NCBI GenBank assembly: GCA_030390025.1
Contig: CM059431.1
Span: 98,706,001-98,766,000 of the forward strand
From: Squalus acanthias
Lineage: Eukaryota
Length of the DNA stretch: 60,000 nt
Reading direction: 5' to 3'
The notes beneath the pieces are model-generated. The model saw nothing but the letters and a program-made list of their open reading frames with translations. It made no database searches and was not told the origin of the DNA. Positions within the stretch are counted from its first letter, which is position 1. Each line of letters starts with the position of its first letter. This document shows, one piece after another, positions 51,514-60,000 of this stretch. Position numbers and translations under genes: made by a program.

Positions 51514-52560
51514 GGAGACAGCAGGAAATCAAATAGATTTAAAGCAAGGATAAAGCTGGGAAAAGGGGGAGGGGATAAAAGAACAAAAGGAGACATTGAG
51601 AGACATTAAGGGCAAGAGGAGGTGTTAATGTGACAGGTTAAGGCTGAAAGAAGTGTGAAATGCACTGGCAGAATGAAAGACAGCTGCCAGCTTCTAGGAG
51701 GGAAAAAAAAGGGGGGGGCAAATAAAAGGGTGGATGAGAAAATAAAATATAAATGTGATGGGGCTAAGGTTATGATCTAAAATTGTTGAACTCGATTCAA
51801 CTTGACCGCTCCCTCCGCGACACCCTAGTCCACTCCTCTACCACCCCCAGCACCCCTTCCCCTTCGCCCGGCACCTTCCCATGCAAGCGCAGGAGATGCA
51901 ACACATGCCCTTATACCTCCCCTCTTCCCACTGTCCAGGGCCCCAAACACCCCTTCCAGGTGAAACAGCGATTTACTTGTACTTCCTGCAATTTAGTATA
52001 CTGTATTCGCTGCTCACGATGTGGTCTCCTCTACATTGGGGAGACAAACGCAGATTGTGTGACCGCTTTGCGGAACACCTCCGTTCAGTCCGTAAGGGGG
52101 ACCCCGAGCTCCTGGTCGCCTGTCACTTTAATTCACCGCTTCACTCCCACTCTGACCTCACCGTCCTCGGCCTATTACACTGTTCCACGGAAGCGCAGCG
52201 TAAGCTCGAGGAACAGCACCTCATCTTTCGTTTAGGCACGCTACAGCCCTCTGGACTCAATATTGAGTTCAACAATTTTAGATCATAACCTCAGCCCCAA
52301 TCACTTTTATATTTTATTTTCTCATCCACCCTTTTATTTGCCCCCCCCCCACCTTTTTTTTTCCTCCTAGAAGCTGGCAGCTGTCCTTCATTCTGCCATT
52401 GCATTTCACACTTCTTTCAGCCTTAACCTGTCACATTAACACCACCTCTTGCCTTGATTATCTCTTAATGTCTCTTAATCTCTCCTTTTGTTCTTTTATC
52501 CCCTCCCCCTTTTCCCAGCTTTATCCTTGCTTTAAATCTATTTGATTTCCTGCTGTCTCC

Positions 52561-52597
52561 AGTTCTGATGAAAGGTCTTCTACCTGAAACGTTAACT
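52561..52597 (+). ncRNA. Minimal hammerhead ribozyme motif (stem II shortened by one mismatch)
   Basis: agtt-CTGATGA-aaggtcttctacct-GAAA-cg-TT-aact. Confidence 0.7.
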
Positions 52598-53714
52598 CTG
52601 TTTCTCTCTCCACGGATGCTGCCTCGCCTGCTGAGTTTTTCCAGCGTTTTCTGTTGTTATTTCGGATTTCCAGCATCTGCAGTATTTTGCTATCGTAGAG
52701 ACTATTTCCTCTGGCTGGTGAGACTAGAACTAGAGGTCATAGTCTCAGGATAAGGGGTCGGCCATTTAGGATTGATGAGAAATTTCTTCACTCAGAGGGT
52801 TGTGAATCTTTGGAATCCTTTACCCCAGAGGGCTGTGGCGGCTCAGTCATTGAGTATATTCAAGACAGAGATCGACAGATTTTTGGGTACTAAGGGAATC
52901 AAGGGATATGGGGATCGGGCGGGAAAGTGGAGTTGAGACAGAAGTTCAACCATGATCTCATTGAATGGCGGAGCAGGCTCGAGGGGCCGAATGTCCTCCT
53001 CCTATTTCTTGTGTTATGATCCCATCGTTCACCAAGGCCCCATTATCAGTTCGCACTTCTAGCAAGTTACAGGGCAAAAATGTTTTGAGCTGAAGGTTGA
53101 GGGCACGCTGCGAGATGCCCCACTCCAGCAAATTCTGGCCCATTGTAACTCTATGCATTAACTTCTTGCATTACATTACTGCAGTGCTTCAGCAGGGCGA
53201 GTAGTGCGATTACTCATTCGAACACTCAAGAGAAAAACAACGCCACCACTTACATCTGGAACCCAACTTCAGAGAATTGCAAAACTAAAATGGTATTTGT
53301 GTAAGTATCTTGCTGCTGGTTGACCCTGAATTTTCAAAACCCAGAAATGACATGAGGTGCTCAAATGACTGTGGGAAACCATTTGAAAGCTACACCGTGA
53401 ATCTTCTCCCCCAGAGAAACGGCACAAAAACTGTCTGTTTACACGGTTTCTCCGGGGCTTCTACCCTGTGGAAATTTGAGTGCCCCAGCCTTTGCTTTGG
53501 ATGAGCAGGCAGGTCTAGCTTCTGCCCAAACTGGACAATACCCAACTTGTGCCCACTCCCAGGTTAGACTGAACCCAACCCTGTGTGGACTTGTGCATTA
53601 AGAATAGTCACTTGGGTAAGGTTCTGTGCCTGTAGAATGGCACATGACAAGAATTTAATATCTTGAGAGAAGAAAAATTCAGGGGGGAAAAAATATTCAG
53701 AGACCATTGATAGA

Positions 53715-54112
53715 GGGCTTTTTAAATTTATGAAGAGGTTTGAACGGGTAGATGGAGATAAGGGGGGAAAAATTCAGTTGGTTGCGCCTCCCGTTAGCAC
53801 CTTAAGAGGGCGCTAATGGGGCGCAAAGCAACTAGTGCCCGGGCGCAGCGATGTTTGCGCCGCTCGCGAAATTAACTAGACATTTTGCGGTGGTGCTAAA
53901 CAGTACCGCCACTATCTCCTGCGCCGGCAGATCGTGACGTCAGTCGAGTGCGCAACGCCCCGGTGTGGATATTGAGTGGCGCCCCCTGCCTTACCGCCTG
54001 CCGCTAGCAACGACAGGTTATGGGGAGCGTTTTGCAGTCAGGAAGGGACTGGGGGAGCGCTATTTAAAGGCGACCGCTTCCTGCCTTTTTTTGTTGGCGA
54101 CATTTTTGAACC

Positions 54113-54143
<31 letters not shown>

Positions 54144-54955
54144 CTTCTGGAGAGATTCAACGCTGTGTGAAGGAGTTTTGGGTACTGAGCAGCACTTTGC
54201 AGGTTCATTTTGATTTGCCCTTGTATCGATTTAGAAGAGACTGTGGGGGCTGCACTCTGAGCTCTTTCCCTGGGCCTCTCCATTGTTCTTTCCAGCAGAT
54301 TTGATGTACAGGTCTCTCCAGGCCGAGATTCAAGGCTGCAATGAGCAGGATGTGGATGGAAAGCAAGATCAACCCTCCCCTTTAAGAACTGGCCGGGGCC
54401 ATTGTGTCTGTGTTCCATTGCTGACTGACATCACATGAGCTTCACCAGCGCTCTGAGTTAGCGCCTTGCTCCTTGGCCTTTGCGCCTTAAGACAGATGTG
54501 TAGCGCCTGATTTAGCGCTCCAATCACCTCCAGGGGCGATAAAAGTCAAGTTTGCAGTTGGAGGCGATAATTAGCGCCAGGTGCTAATCTTTGCGCCCGG
54601 CCGATAATTGCGCTCCAAACGGGGCGATACTGAATTTTTCCCCCAAGGTGTTTCCACTTGTGGGAGAGTCCAAAACTAGAGGCCATCAATATAAGATAGT
54701 CACTAATAAATCCAATAAGGAATTCAGGAGAAACTTCTTTACCCAGAGAGTGGTGAGAATACCACAGGGAGTGGTTGAGGCGATTAGCATAGATGCATTT
54801 AATGGGAAGCTTGATAAGCAGATGAGAGGGGACTAGAAGGATATGTTGATAGGTTTAGCTGAAGTAGGGTGGGAGGAGACTCGTGTGGAGCATAAACACC
54901 GGCACGGCACTGTTGGGCCAGATGGCCCGTTTCTGCCCTGAAAATTCTATGTAAT
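53715..54955 (+). mobile_element. CR1 3' fragment split by a MITE
   Basis: RVDGD|KVFPLVGESKTRGH is restored by removing 53763-54647. Confidence 0.8.
53763..54644. mobile_element. 882-bp non-autonomous DNA transposon, likely PIF/Harbinger
   Basis: Perfect 16-bp TIRs gggggaaaaattcagt / actgaatttttccccc; 3-bp TSD aag (53760-53762, 54645-54647). Confidence 0.8.
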
Positions 54956-55344
54956 GGGGGGGTGGAGAATAGAACAGGAGGGTGTGAGTGACAGGTTCCT
55001 ACAATTACAGTCTTTGGACTGAGGACAGTACTCCATCCATATCCAAGGCACTGGGCAAAAAAAGGGACAGTGTTAAACCCAATTCTTAGTTAGTCGCATC
55101 TCTAGTAATATTTTAACTGGTTGCTGATTACTTATTAGTGGTGGGAGGGGGGTGTAAGCGGATCTACCAGGAGCATCTCAAGCCATGCAGTAACCTCGTT
55201 ACCAAAGCAAAATCCAGGCAGTACTAAAACATTTTGCAGAAAACTGCTCCCAATTCAAAGTCTTTGGAAAAAATCTACCATCTACTGTACTGTAAGCAGT
55301 GCAGCATGGATTTATATACAATAGACTGGATGTTGGGCAGGTCT

Positions 55345-55690
55345 TCATTTCCCAGAGAGCAGTGAGCCTCTGGAATACATTGCTAGCTGGTGTGATGGAT
55401 GCTGCCTCTCTGCCGTCAAGAGGGAGCTTGACCGGTTCCTGACTGGGGCAGAGATCGCATCAGAGACGATAAGTGGATTAACTGATAACACTTTGTCTGG
55501 TGGACTGGTTTCAATTGTCTGAGGGGGTCGGAGAGGAATGTTATCCCTTCTTGACCCTTGGTTTTGTGCCTCTACCAGGAGATTACATGCTGTGGGGAGG
55601 AAGTATCTAGTCATGATGCTGTGGCCATGATGAGGCAGGCTTGGTGGACCAGCTGGTCTTCTCCTGCCCCTCAATCTTGTATGTTTGTGA
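55345..55690 (+). mobile_element. Degenerate CR1-like 3' end; related remnant at about 1800-1920
   Basis: QRAVSLWNTL...FKGELDRFL-like peptide; ctggggcagagatcgcatca and gggggtcggagagga shared with 1800-1920. Confidence 0.6.
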
Positions 55691-56362
55691 TATTTAAGCC
55701 AATGATTGCTTTCTATTACAGAGCGACTGTTGCCCAGAGCAAAGCTGTTTATTGGCTACAAGTACGCTCCCAAGAAATCTGTGAGTAATCATTATTAATT
55801 CATATCTTTTAACAGAACTGAGCAAAATTAATTCCATCAGCTGTGAGGTGGGGAAATTTGTATTGGAGTTTTGACAGTAATAAAATCATCTCGCTTAAAA
55901 TCTGTACCGGGTGGAGGAAGGAGATGGAGAAAAGATGAATGAAATGTGACCATTTGAATAATCTTTCCCCACTGCACTGGACCATCTGTTCCCAGTGAAT
56001 AGTTAAGGGGTGATTGCACAAGTGTTATTGAAGAATAAAATAATACGGGGTAGATCTTGACTTTGTGCAATGGTCTGTGATCCAATTGCATTCCACAAAA
56101 ACTACCTCCAGCTTTAAGACCCCTCTTCAATGCTTGGTCCAGTAACACAAACCCTTTAGTGGGTAATTTAACCCAGTTTGCCCAGCGGCAATCTGGCTGG
56201 ATCGGATTGCCCCCATTCCCTCCCACTTTACACACCACAGCATTTTCACTTTCCATTGGAAGTCCGTGGAAAGTAAAATTGTGCCGTATGCAAAATGGGA
56301 TGGGGGAGGGGAAGGGGGATAATCCGAACCCCTCCGTTTCCTTCCAGCTTGGGTTACAATTA

Positions 56363-56564
56363 CAGAAAATGCTGGAAACACCTTAGCAGGTCAGACAGCA
56401 TCTGTGGCGAGAGAAACTCGAGTTAACGTTCTGACGAAGGGTCATCGACCTGAAACGTTAACTCTCTTTCTCTCCCCACAGATGCTGCCTGACCTGCTGA
56501 GTGTTGCCAGCATTTTCTGTTTCTACTTCAGATTTCCAGCATCCGCAGTGCATCGCTTTTGTTT
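56363..56564. mobile_element. Miniature fold-back Penelope-derived element, about 200 bp
   Basis: Inverted arms (about 56362-56430 vs 56454-56520) of the PLE terminal sequence; probable decayed 14-bp TSD (11/14) at 56349-56362 and 56565-56578. Confidence 0.8.
56428..56462 (+). ncRNA. Minimal hammerhead ribozyme motif
   Basis: gtt-CTGACGA-agggtcatcgacct-GAAA-cg-TT-aac. Confidence 0.7.
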
Positions 56565-56939
56565 TCGGTTTACAATAACCACCCCACACATTTTTAGTCT
56601 TAACAGCCGCAAAGAGACTTCCAACTCTGTGAACCCGCTTTTGCATTTAAAATACATCAACCCGATTATAACTCGCTTTCATATCCTTGCTGTAGAAAAA
56701 ATGGTCATAGAAATCTTTAAATTGCCACAGAATGTTCGGGTTGTGCTCCGAGCCTCATTTGCCCTGTGCGGACAGAAGTCACAGGTTGTGTGAGCACATC
56801 TCCCTGATGATGCAGGCTCGGCGGATGAGGCATTTCTTCTATTTTTTGATTGGTGAGGTTATTCGTATTTCTTTCCCATTCCTATTGGTAACTTTTTAGT
56901 AGATTTTTAGAATACAAAATTCCTTCGTTGCTGTCTAGT

Positions 56940-57378
56940 GTCAGCCGTGGCCCAGTGGGTCGCACTCTCTCCGGAGTCCGACGGTCGTGGGTTCCAGCCC
57001 CGCTCCAGAGACTTGAGCACACAATCCACGCTGACACTCCCAGTGCAGTGCTGCGGGAGCCCCGCACTGTTGGAGGTGCCGTCTTTCAGATGAGACATTA
57101 AACCGAGGCCCCGTCTGCGCTCTCAGGTGGACGTAAAAGATCCCGTGGCACCAATGGAAGAAGAGCAGGGGAGTTCTCTCAATATTTATCCCTCAACCAA
57201 CATCTAAAACAGATGATCTGGTCATAATCACATTGCTGTTTGTGGGAGCTTGCTGTGCACAAATCGGCTGCTACATTTCCTACATTACAACAGTGACTAC
57301 ACTTCAAAAGTACTTCATTGGCTGTGAAGCGCTTTGGGACGTCCTGAGGTTGTGAAAGGGGCTATAGAAATGCAAGTT
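56940..57378 (+). mobile_element. Full-length DeuSINE with a single unexpanded 33-bp unit
   Basis: Head, hairpin unit at about 57040-57075, Deu core and tail. Confidence 0.88.
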
Positions 57379-59282
57379 CATTCTTTCTAGTATTGATGGT
57401 TATTGCACTGACTCACATTTTATAGGGAAAAATCGGTTGCTATTGTAATTTTTAAACTAATCCTGTCTCTTTGTTTTATTTTATAGCTCGAACTTGTTCC
57501 GGTTCTGTGAAGTGCATGTCTGGATTTGCTGTGCTTGCCACATTCATGGTTTGGTCTCTTACTGCATTCTGAGCAGTAACACCATACTCTGCACAGCAAT
57601 GTAATGTACATTTTATTTGGGTATTTGAGGTTGTTAAAAATGGATTCTATTCTGCAAATGAGCTCATAATTAAAGGCCAAATTCTCAAACCAGTCCTAAG
57701 GCATCACCTTTTAACCCACTTCTACCGGGAGTTTAAGATGAAGGAACTACCGGCTCAATAACTTGCAAACAGATGGGGGGACATCTGATTTTATACATGT
57801 GTAAAAACTATTCTGACTAACTTTGACTTGACGTGATGTAAATGGAGAGTTGTACCACAGACTTTAGCAAACAAAATTAAACTATCACTTTAGGTGTCAT
57901 TACTGTCACAATGAAGACCATTGATTTTTTTTCATACCTCCTTGCTGCTTTTAATTGTCTCCTTCTTTCAAAAAAGGAAAAGGAGATCTTTATTGAATGT
58001 GACTACCAGCTTTAGGGTGGGAAGAAAATATACTCTGGGGCTGCTTAGGAAACATGCACGGTTAAATTTCAAAAAAAATTCTTGAAGCTTGAATTATAGA
58101 TATCCCACCCTGCGCCTGCCTAAATCAGTTAAGGCAGGCAACTCTTAAATATCAGTAGATCATCTTGTATTCCCCCATACCTCCCTTTATTGCTGACATC
58201 CAATATTAGGTCTGTGCACCTGGTATTACTGCTTTCTAGCCTATCGGACTTGCTGTGGTTTGAAACACTTGCACTGATCAGATGGGATGCATTCCAGGAC
58301 CGGTGCGTATTTTAAATAAAGTTAGTTCGCCCGTTCACTGGGAGGTGCAAATTGAGAGGGAAGAATAGAAGTGAGCAACTTCATTCCTTTGCAGCTTTCA
58401 AGGGGAATAAAATGGGGAGGGGAGGCAAGAGAAGAGATGGGACAACACAAAATCAGGAGACCAATAGTAAGAAAATTATAGGCGGAGGAAAAAAAATGCA
58501 GCTATCTATGAAGGATATTGGGTTCGTTTACAGATGGTTCTTGGAACCTTTGACCGTATTTGAACCTACTTGAATTGGGATGGGATATGTTTTATGATGT
58601 TGTTGTCGCTACTTTTGAATAAAGATTTTTCACAAGTTTTTACCTGTAGTTTTTTTTCTGAGCGCCTTAAAAGCACCCAATCACAACGCAGGCAATATAT
58701 CGATGAATCCAAGTTTGGGTAATGAGCAATTAGTTAGCCTTTCTGTAGTTACTTTACTTTGTACAGTTTGTGAAGTTATTTTGATATGAAGGAACAAACT
58801 TAACAGCATTTTTAAAAATTAAGGTAACTACTTGTTTTATTTAAACCTGTGTGGGTAAAATGCTGTAAAACATTGCTTTAGTTAGTGTCTACATTGTGAT
58901 AAAATAGGAAATGACAGCTCTGAAATATCTGAAATGGAAACTCTTCCTTAACCCAATTTCAAACTGGAGGACCTAGATTCAAACTTGTTACAGGACAAGG
59001 CCAGGCTGATTGATCTGGAATAGATCACAAGTTTTGTTCCAGGTGCTTTCTCTGGGGAGAAGTGAGAGGCTGATGGACAAAGTGGGAAGTAAAAGCATTA
59101 AATTCTACATGGCCGAAGTATTTAGTTACACAAGAGGTAGATGATGTGCAAAGCACATGCTCATTAGCAATGATCTATATTGATACTAATCGGGGATAAT
59201 GAACTGATCTGACCGCAACCTTTTAGACAGTTTAACACTGGGCAGCGCTCCCCGAGGGTTTTAGTTCCGACTAGAGATCTGT

Positions 59283-59890
59283 GGAAATCTGAAATAAAAC
59301 GGAAAATGCTGGAAATACTCAGCAGGTCAGGCAGCATCTGTGGAGAGAGAAACAGAGTTAATGTTTCAGTTCGATGACCTTTAGTCAGAACTAGGAAAAA
59401 GTTCGAGATGTGACAGGTTTTAAGCAAGTGCAGGGATGGGGTTGGTGGGGGGAGGGAAGAGGTGGAGCTGCCATTTACAGTTCCTCTAGACCCTTTTTTT
59501 TTGTTTCTTTACGAAAGCAAAATACTGCGGATGCTAGAAATCTGAAATGTAAACAAAATGCTGGAAATACTCAGCAGGTCAGACAGCATCTGTGGAGAGA
59601 AACAGAGTTAATGTTTCAAACTGGCAAACGTAACCGGTTTTAAGCAAGCAGGGGCAGGGAAGGGGGGGGTGGAAGAGAGAGGAAAGAACAAAAGGGAAGG
59701 TCTGTGATGGGGTGGAGGGCAGGAGAGATTAAATGACAAAAGGGGGCGGTAATGGGACAAGTAAAGAAACAAAAGATGGGTTTAGAGGCGGTGTACATGG
59801 CAACAGCAGAACCATTACCCAGCACCTGCTGTTTGGGGGGGAGGGGGGGGGGAGCAGAGGTTATGATCTGAAGTTGTTGAACTCAATGGG
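59283..59890 (-). mobile_element. Two degenerate Penelope-like 3' ends with a short inverted piece (about 59465-59512)
   Basis: ggaaatactcagcaggtcaggcagcatctgtggagaga terminal motif occurs twice; hammerhead cores are mutated or deleted. Confidence 0.78.
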
Positions 59891-60000
59891 CTCGATTTTT
59901 GTCATTGGGGTGGGCTGGGGTCGTGTCATCTGCTTTTCGTATTAGCCACCTGACTCCACTTGGATGTGGGAGAATTATTCGATTTTCCCCTAATTGGGCA

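Larger units (their letters stand above)
51460..52694. mobile_element. Fold-back Penelope-like element (minus arm about 51460-51795, plus copy about 51797-52694)
   Basis: Frameshifted GIY-YIG (CKRRRCNTC, LVYCIRCSRCGLLYIGET, GLNIEF); about 330-bp inverted arms; 14-bp TSD gtagagactatttc at 51446-51459 and 52695-52708. Confidence 0.92.
51075..53015 (+). mobile_element. CR1 3' fragment split by a Penelope-like insertion
   Basis: CR1 C-terminal peptide up to LDRVET, resuming after 52694. Confidence 0.85.

Overview
Vertebrate nuclear DNA, most likely from a cartilaginous fish (it carries shark-type DeuSINE/SacSINE1-like, HE1-like V-SINE, CR1, L2 and Penelope-like repeats). The only host coding sequence I recognise is a 118-nt minus-strand exon at 4112-4229 ([40 protein letters not shown]), matching coding exon 2 of RASA3 (GAP1IP4BP, start of C2A). 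The ORF track missed it. The rest appears to be RASA3 intron packed with nested retroelements, with a 500-N gap at 43552-44051. The most notable structures are: (i) Penelope-like (GIY-YIG) insertions with 12-17 bp target-site duplications that carry minimal hammerhead ribozyme motifs, three of them fold-back (inverted, tail-out) elements; (ii) recurrent minisatellite expansion inside retroelements (33 bp in six SINE copies, 26 bp in two CR1 tails, 37 bp in one L2); (iii) two DNA-transposon MITEs, one next to an inverted duplication that includes flanking DNA. Family names come from motif recognition, not database searches. Repeat boundaries are approximate unless a TSD or TIR is quoted.
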